DNA of 64,000 bases, from the NCBI RefSeq assembly GCF_009914755.1, contig NC_060930.1; one strand, given 5' to 3'. The notes under the pieces are model-generated. The model was given only the letters and a program-made list of their open reading frames with translations. It was not told the origin of the DNA and did no database searches. The translations under genes were made by a program, and so were the position numbers. Every line of letters starts with the position of its first letter. Position 1 is the first letter of the stretch. This document shows positions 36,738 through 50,410 of the stretch, one piece after another. The stretch is from the human T2T-CHM13v2.0 reference genome, Homo sapiens.

Positions 36738-36740
<3 letters not shown>
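36348..36740 (-). mobile_element. Ancient MaLR LTR (MLT1M/N-like)
   Basis: 'ccattggtagaaccaacaggaagccagatggcaaggaagc...agtccatggaggtcagc...cagggcagggcagaa'. Confidence 0.6.

Positions 36741-36780
<40 letters not shown>
36741..36780. repeat. (TG)20 microsatellite
   Basis: Pure TG run. Confidence 0.97.
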
Positions 36781-36782
<2 letters not shown>

Positions 36783-39039
36783 CATAATCAACACGTAAAA
36801 CTCTTTTCCTTCCCCAACCAAATTGCCATCTCCACATTTGTGCTCTCTTGTCCCTCTAGGCTCCTTGAAAATGCACTGATGTTGCCTTTATTGTATTTAA
36901 TGTCTCAATTTTTTATTGCTTCATTATTACCTAATATATTCCACTCTATACTTTTCATCCTGGTTGCAACTGTGAACAAATTATGGGGGAAAGAGTATTT
37001 TCTATGGCTTTGCTTTCTCCTATAGTTAAACCAATGCTGTGATCATTAAGATGTTCAACAAGTATATATTGAATGAATGAGGGGGAATAAGTAAGAGTCA
37101 GGAGGAAAGTTCTTTGATGGAAAATAATTACTCACTGCCCAAAATTATATGTGAAAGACAAAAATATAGTTAGAATATCATTATACTTTATATCTTAAAT
37201 TCTGTCAAAAAAGATGCTAACCTCTCTGAAACATACCACCCTGATCTCCCTTTTTACCTTCAATGCTGATTCACTTAGAAAAAAAGCTAATAATTCTCAA
37301 AACCAGAGCAGGGATGTGGTCAGAGCTAATGATGTCCCATCCTTCTTCTCGCCTCTTTCAAGTTCTGCCCAATAGAATATACACTGTCCTTGGGCACAGG
37401 AAGGAGACTCAATAAATACTGACTTACAATGATGCAGAAAATAGAAGAGTGTGAAAGAAAAGTAGTGTTGAAGGAATTGAATAATATAAATCCTGTCACG
37501 ATGCAAACAAGCAGTGAGCTATTAAAAGATCCAAGTTCATTTTGATGGCTATAAGAGTCTTCCAGTTGTCTTCAAAACTTGCCTAATTTGCTTTCTCATT
37601 TTGAAAACAATTATTTATTTTTAACAGCAATTTATTTTCTGCAAAATCATAAATCATCAATGTTTGTACTACTAATAGTGCAGCTTTGGGAAATTCAAGT
37701 AGAAATATACATGACATTCTATAGTAAAGTACTCCAGAAGGATTTAGCAAATTCCATGTGATTAAGGCTATCACTAAAGAGATTTTAAATTAATAAGTGC
37801 CTTTAATAAGGTTTACATTTTGGCAGGTGTAACAGGAGAGAAAATATTACTGTGAAAGTTTCAGTAGGAAAAGTGAATATTTGTATAGTCAGGGAAATCG
37901 GAAGATAGAGCTGAGAGAAACAGGTGTCAACACTATTGTTAGCTAATTTTCTATAGTAATGTGACTTGGGAAGATTGTTAGATGGAGAAAGCTCATGCCC
38001 AGGGAGAGGACATGAAGAAACAGTGCTTGCTGGTGCCTGGGTTAGGAAGACCAAAGGATTTAGGGAGGATGGACAAAACTGGGAGGTGTGGGTAAGAAGG
38101 GCAATGGGGAATAAGCAAAAGGGATGCTTCTCCAACAGGGCAGCCTCACACAGTCATGTGCAAGCCCTCTCAGCTCATGACTCAATTGCCAAGGTATTAT
38201 AAATCTTTTCCTCAAGTGGCTTTTTAAAAACTTTGCTCAAGCATTTTTTCTACAAGGTTATAAGAAGCAGAAATGTTGAGAATTTTTTTAGCCCAAGATA
38301 GGTGTTTTCATAATAGATAGATGCCACCCAGAGAGCAGAGAACTTATCCTCTAATACAAAACAAGTTAGTGAGGAGAGTCAGTTTATTGTATTTATATAG
38401 CAATGATTCTCAACAAAATCCTGGCTTTCAATGAATCATATTATAGTGGAGAAGAAAGCCCAAGGTTTCCTCCTGTCATTCTGATGAAATCATCTGCAAC
38501 TCAACTCAGTCCCATGCTGGTATGAGTGCAAATAAATGTCACTGTGAAAAAAAAAAATTTCATCCCTCTGGTGAGCTAAAATTTTTCAGTTGTATGATTT
38601 TTTTGAAGCAAATTTCTACAATTGAGAGTTCTCTGAACTTGGAGGAGTGTGTTCTTTTTGCTTAGAAATTTTTCTGATGCTTTTTGAAGCTCACTGAAAT
38701 TTTCTAAAACTTTATTTGTAAGATTCCAAACCTGGAATTACATGCAAAGTAATCCTAAATAAGGAATAAAAACTTGGGCTTATTTAAACCTATTTGTTTT
38801 GGAAGTAAATGAAGGGCACTTTTTATAAATGCAGTGTGTCTTCAAAATATGATTCCTAGTTTCTCTACAGAAGTCCTTCTTAAAGCTGTAGGCTTTTCTA
38901 CTCCAGCTGTGAGACCAGGAAAGTTGCACCATCGCGATCTCACTGCCCCATCAAAGAGAAGTCCCAGAAGACAAATGGATTTCTTTCCTTGACAACAGCC
39001 GAGTCTGCCCTCATGCACACAGAACTGTTTTAAAAGTAA

Positions 39040-39260
39040 AAAATAAATGTTTATTGAGCTCTTTTGATGTCACAGAAGAATTTACCCACATTTTCTCATC
39101 TAATCTTCATAACAGTCCTATGAGGTTGATTTTATCCTCATTTTTACTGATTAAAAAAGCAAGTCTCAGAGAGATTAGGAATTTGAGGCAGAGTAAGGAT
39201 TTGAACACAGATTTTCCAACTTTAGTCCTCTCTGACTCTACTATAATATGTTTTATATAC
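39040..39260 (-). mobile_element. MIR SINE
   Basis: 'tgtttattgagc...tctcatctaatcttcataacagtcctatgagg...tctcagagagattag...ggatttgaacacag'. Confidence 0.8.
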
Positions 39261-40347
39261 TAGTTCCCTGCCTGTCAGGTCCAGATGATTCTAAACCCCG
39301 CCCCATTGATTAAGAAAACAATTAAGCTCAAATCTTATTTCCTTATCTATGTGGTTCCAGGCTCATCTTCCCAGAAACCCAACCATATTTAAATTATTGC
39401 CATGAACGAATGATAATCGCCATCCTCCAGCATTCTCCTTCAGTATTAACAGACTCACAGCAGAAAAGTGAATTTCTACAAGTCATATTTCTTAGTATTC
39501 TAAGTTCCCAGAGTTTTCTTCTGTGATAAAGAAGTAGATAGGATTACAAGAAATTCTTTACCCTTCATGGGGAACTTGAGTCCCCAAATTTCTTCCTGGG
39601 ATTTTAGAAGAACAGCCCCAAGTTTTGAAATGATAAAAAAAAAAAAAAAAATAGAAATAACAGGCTGACTTGGGGAGGAGGGCAGAAAGGAAGAGACAGA
39701 GGCTATGTTTGTATCTACTCTTCAACTGGTTCACTATAGCACATTGTAATTCCCTCTTCCTTCCTCCCCATGCCTTGCTCCTGCTGGCTCCCCCTCCCCA
39801 TACGCACACATCTCCAGATACATTCCATGGTGAGTTCTCCCAGCCCAGAGCAAAACAAATCAAGCAGAACCATATAATTTATTGCACCAAACTGGAATTA
39901 CCCCCACCCACTTAAAAAATCTGGTTTCATTTCAGGGTAACAGCAGCTCAGCTCTGGCAGGGCTCAGTCAACGTGGGTGATCTGTGACATGTGGCAAAAA
40001 TATAGAACTCATCAGATTTAATAAAACAAAGTTCCACACGCGATCGGAAGGCCTCTCTCAACAAAGGCCTGGAGGAGTTACTGCCGGCAGTCCCCAGCTT
40101 GCAGGAGAATCAACCCCCTCCGAGTCCAAAGCTCCCTCTTCACTCAAAAGTCATGAAAGACCAACAGGCTGTCCCAAGCAGAGGGTGGGGTTGAATGTGG
40201 GGGAGTAGAGAACAAATGCTGGTAGAACCAATGCAGTGGTATAGAGTGAGAGAAACCGGGGAGCAGCAGTCAGTGTGGCCACCATGGGGCTGGCGTCTTT
40301 CACATCTCTGGCTCTCAGGGTCTGTTTGCATTCCATTGCAGGCAAGA

Positions 40348-40364
40348 GGTGCCCTCTGCTGTCT
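40348..40364 (-). promoter_or_regulatory. Candidate CTCF site
   Basis: Minus strand reads AGACAGCAGAGGGCACC, 13/14 to CCASYAGRKGGCRS, in a locally GC-rich non-repeat stretch. Confidence 0.45.
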
Positions 40365-40819
40365 ACCGGCCACAGTGCACCAGGACATTGTCACTGCTGG
40401 TTCCCCAGGGGGAGTCCGAGAAGTGATCGGATGACTGGAAATCCCGCTTCTACTGGAGGGACACTGGACTGTGGTGCAGATGAGCCACTGCCAAAATCTT
40501 CCCAGGACAGCTGTGGAAACTCTGAATATCCATGCAGTGGAAGTACCTATTTTAGATAACTCAGTTTTAGAGGCAACCACCAGGAACCTGCGAGCAGTAG
40601 GCAAACTCTGAAACCCTCTTCAGAGTCTCACAGCTATCACTTCTTCCTCATAACACAATTACAGCAAGGTGGAGAGGGAGGCAGGGAGAGCCAGAGGCTT
40701 CCCAGCTGAGGAGAAACAGAAGATCACTCAGGACCTCGAAACTAAGCTGCCATTGAGACCCTTCTGCAATGGCTCTGCAGGTCCCACCCTCCACTTCTTG
40801 GCCCACGTACGCCACTGGT

Positions 40820-41040
40820 AACTATAATACTAGCATCAATTAATCAACTGCCACTATATCAAGCACCTTACCATGACTCTGAAAGGTGTTGTCTTTCCTG
40901 CTTTACAGATTAGGAAGTTAAATTCACGAAGAAGTAGAGTAACCTGCAAAAGACACAAAAATGCCAGAGCCAAGATTCAAACCCAGGTCAGTTTGGCTGC
41001 AATCTCCCCACTCTTTCTACCACACTACACTGTCTCATAT
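40820..41040 (-). mobile_element. MIR SINE
   Basis: 'ctttacagattaggaagttaaattcacg...gtaacctgc...gccagagccaagattcaaacccaggtcagtttggct'. Confidence 0.7.
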
Positions 41041-41309
41041 GCTACTGAACGGTTGACTAAACCCTACTGTGGAAGGTCAGCCAACAAAAGCCTAACCTAG
41101 GTCCTATAAAAATGAAGTCAAGCACAGTGAAATAGGATGTCATTGTTGTAGGGGATGTTTTTTGCATGTGTTGTTGTAGCACTGTCACTTTTTCCTATTC
41201 TGATGACTTCTGCTCCACGGCTAAATATCCCAGGAAGTCCTGACTCAATCATGTCTATGGCAGCCAGCAAGCTTCACGTTGAGCAAAAACCATGGCAGAA
41301 TTTTAAAAG

Positions 41310-41480
41310 ACACCAGACTCACAGTTAGAGCCCTGTGTTATTATCTGCTGTGCATCTCACTAGCTCCAAAATCTTGGCCTGGTGAGTCAGTTTGAGTTCC
41401 AGCTTTCTTTATAATAAAATACATGTGCTATTTTAGTAAAAGTTTATATGGGGATTACATGAGATTACATATTTATATGC
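41310..41480 (+). mobile_element. MIR fragment
   Basis: 'tctcactagc...cttggcc...ttccagctttctttataataaaat...gggattacatgagattacat'. Confidence 0.5.
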
Positions 41481-41562
41481 ATATGTATGTACATATGTAT
41501 GAAGGTTTATATTATATATACATATAAAATAGTCAGCTATGTGATATACTAAAGTTAGATAT

Positions 41563-42095
41563 TGTGATGGTTAATACTGAGTGTCAACGTGATGGAATGG
41601 AAGGATACAAAGTATTGATCCTGGCTGGGTCTGTGAGGGTGTTGCCAAAGGAGATTAACATTTGAGTCAATGGGCTGGGAAAGGCAGATCCACCCTTAAT
41701 CCTGGTGGGCATGACTAATCAGCTGCCAGAGAGACTAGAATATAAGCAGGCAGAAAAATGTGAAAAAAGAGACTGGCCTAGCCTCCCAGCCTACATCTTT
41801 CTCCTGTGATGGATGCTTCCTGCCCTCGAACATCAGACTCCAAGTTCTTCAGTTTTGGAACTCAGACTGGCTCTCCTTGCTCCTCAGCGTGCAGATGGCC
41901 TGTTGTAGGACCTTGTGATCATGTGAGTGAATACTTAATAAACTCCCCTTCATATATATACACATACATATATATACACACACATATATATATACATATA
42001 TATACACATATATACATATATATACGTGTGTGTGTGTATATATATATATATATATTCCATTAGTTCTGTCCCTCTAGAGAACCCTGACTAATACA
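41563..42095 (+). mobile_element. MLT2A (HERV-L) solo LTR, MLT2A1-like
   Basis: Starts TGTGATGGTTAATACTGAGTGTCAA, ends CTCTAGAGAACCCTGACTAATACA, AATAAA near 41937. Confidence 0.92.
41952..42055. repeat. Compound (TA/CA/TG)n microsatellite inside MLT2A
   Basis: Alternating purine-pyrimidine run. Confidence 0.9.
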
Positions 42096-43261
42096 GAGCA
42101 AACAATGAAAAGAGATTACTTTAAGATTTTTAACATTTAAACTAAACTGATGACATGTTCAATGAATTACCATAAAGGAGGGGCAAATATTATGGTTCTT
42201 AAGGAATCCGTAATATTTGTGGCTTGTCTCTCACTTGGGGCATATACTATGGGGAGAAGATATGGCGGGAAGGCAGCTTCTGTAAGACAGCATATGCAAT
42301 CACTGCTCCAGAGTTCCAGACCAGACTCCTGCTAGCAGCCAGAGCTCCCTGAAGACACCGGGTGGTTCTTCTTCGAGAGTGTTTCACCCTTTCAGCCCTG
42401 GATTCAAATCTGAGACTTAGAACAGGTTCCTTGCTGCCATCGTCCATGGTTCTGATCCACCTGGACACAAAAGCCAGGCTGTGTCGGAGACTGAGGAGGA
42501 ATGAAGGGACCAACTGTCATGCTTCCCTGTAGCCTCATCTCTACTTGTTCCAGGTCCTGACTCCTGTTTGGGTTCCATGTCTTCTGTGACTCTCAGAACC
42601 CCAAAATATTATGTGCTGTCGACCGCCTACAATTCCTCACAATTGACTGCATGGACCAACACTTCTTATACTTACTGAAGAGACAGACATACTGCAAATT
42701 CAGTGTATTTAAGAATGTTGTGGAATACTCATGCCTCTCTCCTTCAGTGTTCTGATTTTTTTATTGAAAACTCTGTTTTAGTAAGACAGACTTTTCAAAG
42801 TGATCATTGGTATGTAACTCAAATCCCCCTGCCTTTTAAAAAATGATCCCAGCTACCCTATAATATGCACTGCTTCTTCTGACATTTTGTACCCATGACA
42901 ATCTAAGGGTTACTGTCATCTCCCCACTCACCTTTTGCACACCTGTCTCCTCCCAGAACATCTGCTTGAAAATGGCCTTCCCATCAAAGAAGTTGCAGAA
43001 GCAAGAGTTTCAGTTTATCCCCTGCTAAATAATCCCTGTGACCTGAGTTGCTCAAGTGAATTTTAGCAACAGAGAAATTCAGTTAGAAGGATGAGTTGTC
43101 TTCATTCTACCAACAAGATTATACAAATTACTAAAGTTAACCCTGTATCCATACATTCCAATGAAAAAACAACACTTTAGCGAGTGTGGCATTTTTTTCT
43201 ACACAATATGTATTGTCTTTAAAGATACGTTTCAATCTTATTTTCATTATCAGCTTCTAAT

Positions 43262-43297
43262 ACGTGTGAGTGTATGTGTATGTGTGTGTGTGTGTGT
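43262..43297. repeat. Imperfect (TG)n
   Basis: gtgtgagtgtatgtgtatgtgtgtgtgtgtgtg. Confidence 0.8.
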
Positions 43298-43329
43298 TTA
43301 ATGACTACTATCGTGAGTCATTTTCAAGA

Positions 43330-43515
43330 CAGCATTTTAGCTGAGTGGTTGAGAGCTTGTAAGCTGGTATCAGACCTGGTTCTAATTCAGCCTTGGTAAG
43401 TGACCAGCTGTTGACCTTGGGGTAAGTTACCCAATGCCTTTGAGCCTGTTAGGTGGAAATAAAAATAGAAAAGTCAGATATTTATTGCGAGAATTAAAAG
43501 AGGTAATGAATTATT
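43330..43515 (+). mobile_element. MIR SINE
   Basis: 'gagtggttgagagc...tcagacctggttctaattcag...agctgttgaccttggggtaagtta...gcgagaattaaa'. Confidence 0.75.
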
Positions 43516-43521
43516 AACTAG

Positions 43522-43782
43522 TTTTTTTTTTTAAGAAGGAGTCTCACTCTGTTACCAGGCTGGAATCTCAGCTCACTGCAACACCCGACTCCCTGGTTCA
43601 AGCAATTCTCCTGCCTCAGCCTCCCAAGTAGCTGGGATTACAGGCACCCGCCACCACGCCCATTTTTAGTAGAGACGGGGTTTCACCATGTTGGCCAGGA
43701 TGGTCTTGATCTGACCTCGTGATCCGCCTGCCTCAGCCTCTCAAAGTGCTGGGATTACAGGCTTGAGCCACCGCGTCCAGCC
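43522..43782 (-). mobile_element. AluSc-like SINE with small internal deletions
   Basis: Poly(T), then 'gagtctcactctgttaccaggctgga...caggatggtcttgatc...gagccaccgcgtccagcc'. Linker and part of the right arm are shortened. Confidence 0.9.
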
Positions 43783-44749
43783 CCAATATTTTTATATAAC
43801 CCTAATCTACCTGTTTGATAAGTTGGCGTTTAAATTTGGTTAAGTGAAAATGCCACTGCTAGATGTTTTCTCATATCACTTACTTGGAGTTGGTGAAGTT
43901 GGTGAGGGCTTTTAGTTTGGACAGCATCTATCCTTATTGTCTTGAATATTTACCCAACCCCAAATTTCTATCAACAGTTGGGAGATGATTTCAAATATTA
44001 AGGACACTGATTTCATTAAAGCCACCTTGGCCACATTTAATCGACACACTAACTGCACGTGCTAAACTCTGTTTGTGGTTCTTCATGAAACAAATATAAA
44101 ACTATTGCTGTGGTTATCTGCTCCCTGCAGCACCATTTCTTCTGTCCTGTCAGATTTCTCTTCTTTGGAATGTAATTGACTCCATGAACCACATAACCAT
44201 AAAATAAACAAACTTATTACCAAGCCTCCCCTCCAAAAAAAAAAAAAAGCAACGCTTTCATTATGCAGGAAGAAGTTAAACTGAAACTAAAATATTCAGT
44301 AAGAGGTCATTTTCCACACACTTGGGATATTCTAAAGGAAATGCCACTCTAACCTTAGCTGTCAACACATCAACAAAACTGTTCCCAAACTCTAAGATAG
44401 TTTTCTCTGGCCCTCTGGAGAACACTTAGAAATCAAATTCTGCTCCGTGTCAGTTTCCTTGCACACCTTGCCCCATATTTAGGTCACTGTTCCCTGGATT
44501 TCTGTGTTTGGCACTCTGATTGTTTGTCTCTTTCAATTGGGATATTCATCTCTTGGCTTACATCTTTCTACCCCAAACATAAAGTCCAGAAGTTTTCCCC
44601 TAACTACTGCCAACATCCTCAATCCTTGTTTCCTTGTCCCAGGTTGAGCCCATCTTTTTCTTTAGGATTTGAAAGAGTAAACTTCCAATTTAGAAGTGGA
44701 CGAATAAAACACAAGTGTTGAAGCAGGGTCCACATTACTGACCTGATAA

Positions 44750-44985
44750 TAATGACAATAAAATTAACCAATAATAAAGTTTAATTGACTGAACACCTAG
44801 TGTGCCACCAGGTACTTCAGAGAGATGAGATTTAAGAGCCACAGCAACCCACTAAGTCAAGACATTGGGGCTCAGAGGGATTATTAACCTTCCCAAGATC
44901 CCACAGGTAGTAAGCAACAGGTCAGCATTCAAAGTCAGGACTGTCTGATTCAAGAGCCTGTATTTTTAAATTATTCATCACCACA
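44750..44985 (-). mobile_element. MIR SINE
   Basis: 'ggggctcagagggattattaaccttcccaagatcccacaggtagtaag...attcaaagtcaggactgtctgattcaagagcctg'. Confidence 0.75.
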
Positions 44986-45199
44986 CTTGGTTTCTCAGAC
45001 TTGTTAGGAAAACTAGGGCTTCCCACAGGACAAACTAGCAAGGCAAGTCAAGTAACAACTCACATACCCAATCTTTAGTTTATGAAACAAGAAATGTGAG
45101 ACAATGTCAAACTGGAGCCCTTTTACTTGAGGTCAGTGAACTCAGTCCTAGAACCTCATTCTCTTCATACATATTCCAGCCCTTGCTACAGTGTCTGGT

Positions 45200-45340
45200 A
45201 ACTGCAAACTTTGTTCTATATGTCTCCTCCTCCCAACCAGATTGTGAGTTCCTCAAGGGCAAGAACCATACTGACTTTTCTGTGCACCTGAGCACTTTGT
45301 GGACCTTAGCAGCAGTTCTGATACTTATTTATTGATTAAT
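45200..45340 (+). mobile_element. L2 3' fragment
   Basis: 'accagattgtgagttcctcaagggcaagaaccatactg...atttattgattaat'. Confidence 0.7.
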
Positions 45341-46294
45341 CCAAACTAAGTCTAGGATTTGGGATTATGACATCTCTTTCCTGATTTCCCTCTGACTCTT
45401 ATCTGCTCATCTTGCTTCTTTATATTTCTATTCTTTTTTCCCTCCATTGTGTATTTTTTTTTGCAGTTGTTCTTATCAGTTGGGATAAGATAAAAGCAAT
45501 CCCAGAAAAGTAGTCCCTGTCCATTAAAAAAAGGAATCTGAGTCATGAAACCAGAGGCCTCCAGCTTCGTGACTGTACAAATAAATAATCCCTCCTTCAA
45601 ATCTAAAGTATATAGAGAATTAAAGGAAAAATTGAAAACACTTCAAAATATGCACTCAATTTCAATAATAAAATTTCAAAATGTAGAAACCTAGGGATGA
45701 GGGGGTAAAGAAAGGTTTCAGCTCAAGCACCAACATTCTGTAATTAGTGCCTGCTGGGTGGTTTGTGTTGAGAAAGACTCTGAGGCTAATCCAGAGCCAG
45801 TGAGAAACAATGCTAAGATTGATTAGAAGATTGGGCGATGGACCAACAGATGTCTTCTATTTGCCATTCTTGGGGTAACATATAGTAAAATAATATTAGC
45901 TAACTCTTGTACAATTACAGATTTTTTTAAGTATTGGTCAAAAGGAAATAATCAGGATTATAGACATGCCTGTGTGTACAGAGAGATGTTACAATCCATC
46001 ACTGTCTATTGTTGTTTGATTGCTGCATTCTGCCATATGTAACTATATTTTATGTTCTTCCTTGTTTGTAATCAAAATAAAAAATCCAGAAATAACTGGT
46101 ATGGAGAAATACAGAATTTCTAGAAGTGGCCATTTAGTTGGTAGTTACAATCGATATGAAAGGCAGCTAGTATTCCAAATCATCAGAAGGGACCCACAAT
46201 AGGAGAAGGCAGCTGAGGGTAGAGCGGCTCCCTGACTAGGAGTAATGAAAACTAGAACACATGGGAGGGTACTCATGTTTCTAGCAAGTGGTCA

Positions 46295-46480
46295 TAGTAA
46301 TAGCAGTAATAATAAATTACTGCTCTTACTTTTGACTACCTACATTATTCCAGGCCTTGATCGAGGCACTTCACATACATTATCACCATAAAAATATCCC
46401 TAAAAGTTGAGGCAAAGAAACTTGCTCAAGGTTAAAGAACTAGCCACATTTCAAAACAAAGTCTATTTAATACACCAAAC
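46295..46480 (-). mobile_element. MIR fragment
   Basis: 'tttgactacctacattattccaggccttgatcgaggcacttcacatacattatc...gaaacttgctcaagg'. Confidence 0.6.
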
Positions 46481-46769
46481 TATTTTGTACCAAATTATTT
46501 AATGGCTGACATAGAAAGGGTCAAATCATGAAAATGACCTGGAATGGCCTGTGGATACGAGTAATTAAATGACATAAATAAAAGTTGATGCTTTGTTGTG
46601 ATTTTAAGTGACCTTAGTACTTAGAAGTCCTTTATTTAAAAGTATTTTCTACTTTTTCATGACTTATTTTTTTTGAATTTACCAATTCTATTTTTGTCTA
46701 TTAAAATCTACTGATACGCATTTTCGGAGTAGATGAGTCCTTCATGCTATTTCTTGACTACCATACTGA

Positions 46770-47285
46770 GTATATCAGATAGGATTCTGGTAGCAAGTGA
46801 TCAAACATCCCATTCAAACAACCTTAAGCAAGAAAAGATGTTTTATGGGCTAATAGAAAAAAGAAGGCCAGCTCACATTGCTTGATTCGGGTTTCAAACA
46901 ACGTCATTGGGACCACTTTCTCACTTTTCATTCCCCAGCACTGCACCCTTGGTGTTGGCTTTGGATTCAGCCTCCAAGTGGCTGCAAGACATCCACAGTA
47001 GTTCTCCCTCCTCTCTTCACAAAGTCAGTCTTCAGAAGGAGAGCATCTGTGTGTGTCCCAGGGGCTCCATGAAAGGTCTCATAGAGTTCATTGACTCGTT
47101 TAGTATCACATGCTGTCCTTGAAGCAACCTTCGTGGCTGAGGGGCTATGAAGAGTTGGCTGACTTAGGTGTAGGACCTACCCTCACCCCTGGGGCCAGCA
47201 CCACTTAAGCCACACAGGCAAGCAGAGGGCAAAGGATGACTGTCCAGAGGGGATTTGCAGCACTGCAGGTACCAGAAGAAAAGTT
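46770..47285 (-). mobile_element. Ancient MaLR LTR (MLT1K/J-like)
   Basis: 'tcagataggattctggtagcaagtgatcaaacatcccattcaaacaaccttaagcaaga...tcattgactcgtttagtatcacatgctgtccttgaagcaacc...gtggctgagggg'. Confidence 0.65.
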
Positions 47286-48096
47286 TACAGATAGCAGAAG
47301 TCAGGGTCTATGTGATAAAACCAACCAAGAGGAGCCCCAACAATCTCTTCATGGCAGTTCTCACAAGTAAAGTCATAGTAGTACCTAGGAGGAATTTCAA
47401 TATCTCCCCAGTACACCCACAAAAACTTCATGGCAGGAGCATCATGATTAAAATCAGTGTATGTTGTCTCACTGAGATGTACTCCCCAGGCTCCCATCAC
47501 GAGAGGAGAATTTCTCCTTTAGTGAACATGAATTACAGGTCTCAGAAATGTGCCATAATTCCAGAGAGAAGCTCTAATCCCAAAATGAAGAGCTCTGTTG
47601 TTTTAGGCCAGCGGGAGGAAACTGGACACTGGGAGTTATCGCTGAAATATGCATTGTGTCCTTAGTGAGCCAGTCACGTGAACTTTTATGCTGTCTTCTC
47701 ACTAAAAAACAAAACAAAACATAAAAACAGAACTCTGTTGAAACAATTTCCAGGAGAGAAAAAATGCAGCCGGAAACTCAGGAGACAAGGTTTAGGGAAG
47801 GGTTCATTAATCTAAACCTGAAAGCAAAAAGTCACAATTATCTTCAACTGAAGTCTGCTGTTGTCATAAACGACAACAGAAGTGGGTGGGAGATTTTCCC
47901 TATTAAGGGAAAAGCAGTCTAAGATAGCAATGAATAGAGCTGGTGATCTTAATGGTCACCAATTTAACCAATTTGGAAAAGTTTTATAAAATAGCTATCA
48001 GTTTCCTTGATATAAAAGGGAGGTTATAATTTTGAGAAATAGACATTCCTGTGATCCTCACATGGGCTGTTGGTCACTTCCTAAAGAAAGCAGCAG

Positions 48097-48655
<559 letters not shown>

Positions 48656-48835
48656 TCAACAGCTGTATCTCTAATCCCCTTAGGCAAACAATTGATCTCT
48701 CCAAATCTCAATTGCTTCATCCATTTAAAGTAGATTCAAACCTTTCTTCTGAGAAGGAAGCCCTGCATCTTTTATGATTGAGAAATCTGAGTTACAAGTG
48801 TATTTGTCATCCACATTACTCAAATGATTTTGGTC

Positions 48836-48879
48836 AGATTTAGGAGACACTTCCAAGATTTGGGAGACACTTCCAAGAT
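48836..48879. repeat. 20-bp tandem duplication
   Basis: agatttaggagacacttcca / agatttgggagacacttcca / agat. Confidence 0.9.
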
Positions 48880-50410
48880 ATTTGTTTTTCTAGTAATCCT
48901 TTTATATTTCATAATAAATACTTGATTATGAGATTTTGAAGTTTGTTTCTGAAATTGAGGGGAAGATGAGGATAAGGAAGGGAGTAGAAATAACACCAAG
49001 AAAAGAAACTAATAAACATTCTGACACTTGTTTTGTAACCCCAGAAATGTTGGAGCTTTTGTTTACCAGATGACTGTCAGGAGAATCCAATAAAAACATT
49101 TGCAAATAAATCTGTGCCCTAGAATAGTATTAATAGAAACACAAGCTCTGAACACTGCCATAAAGTAAATCATATCAGCAGGGCCTCATGGGTCTTGTAC
49201 CAGAGACAGAGGAATTCGGTTTACTCATGTTGCTTATCAGGAGATGCTGGGGCTCCCTCTACCCCTAGGGGTGTCTCTCTACATTTTGTTGTAGTGTAGT
49301 ATTGGAAAACAAAGTTCAAAGGACTCTAGAGACAACAAAAATAACAGATGAACAATTAAACTAAAGCCGTGAATGCATCTTCTCTTCAATGAAGGGAACA
49401 GATAATTCATTTGAATTACCAAATTTTAACAAGGTTGTTATTTGCCATGGTTGAAGAGGCAATCTGACTTTAAAATCATTATAGGTCTTTAAAGAAATAC
49501 AATGTTATTCCACAGAATATGGATAAAATAAAAGCAAATTATGCATCAGAATGGGGATTGGCAATCTTGCCAAAGTCAGGGGGAAAGTCTTCTCTCTCCA
49601 GCTCCCTGAGGGTGGGAGAGCATTTCCCAGCAGGAGGGAGGGGACAGGCTTCAGCTACCTTCATACCCTGTTGAGTGGCTGCTATTTCGGCCAAGTGGAA
49701 CTCCAATGCTGCTGTGGGAGAAATGCCCCAATCTCCAGCTCCGGCATGTCTTATGTACACGAAGCAGGCATTTCCACACCTTCTGTACACACCCCACTGC
49801 AAGCCCTGACCAAGTGTGGAATCCTCCAACTCAAAGGGCCTTGAGCTGCACTAACAAAAGAAAGGAATTCACTGGTGCCTTTAGTGTTGGTATTCAGAGC
49901 CCCAAAGCACCCTCCAAAGTCAATTTTTTTAGTCATCCTATTAAGCAGAAAGAATACACCTCACCTTGCTCAGGGTAACAGTGTGCTTAACAGATATATT
50001 TTTAATACTCATACTTGACACCTTCTGGTTTACAAATGAGTGGACTCTGGATAAATGAAGTTTAACATAATCAGTGAAAGTGCTCATATTATCTAAACGC
50101 CTGACTTACAAGAAGTTACACAGAATTAAAATACTATCTACCAAAAACTGCTTAGTGGTAATATGTAAGACATGTTATAGCTACTCATTGATGAAATATT
50201 AAAGATTTTAAAGTCCTCATGTTTAAAAAAAGTAAATTCAGCTTTGAAGAGATTTTGATCAAATGATAACAATTTTGAAACTGTAATTAGAGTTATTAGG
50301 TAGAGGATTGGGTAAATGTATCATATTCTGACATGATTTTCAGGATAACTAAAATGAGCACTGAACACAGAACCCTGTCAGGCACATCCCACAGACCCAT
50401 CCCTGGTAGC

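Larger units (their letters stand above)
36040..37082 (+). mobile_element. L2 3' fragments interrupted by an MLT1 LTR
   Basis: Pyrimidine-rich L2-like text 'aaaaccttccatgacttccc', ending 'atgttcaacaagtatatattgaatgaatga'. Confidence 0.5.

Noticed and set aside
40140-40604. 154-aa minus-strand ORF and overlapping ORFs
   Set aside because: No recognisable domain; overlapping ORFs in several frames reflect locally higher GC.
41558-42100. TSD around the MLT2A LTR
   Set aside because: Flanks GATAT and GAGCA match at only 2/5, so no TSD is claimed.
47255-47665. 136-aa plus-strand ORF
   Set aside because: Non-ATG start at an MLT1 edge, no recognisable homology, length compatible with chance.
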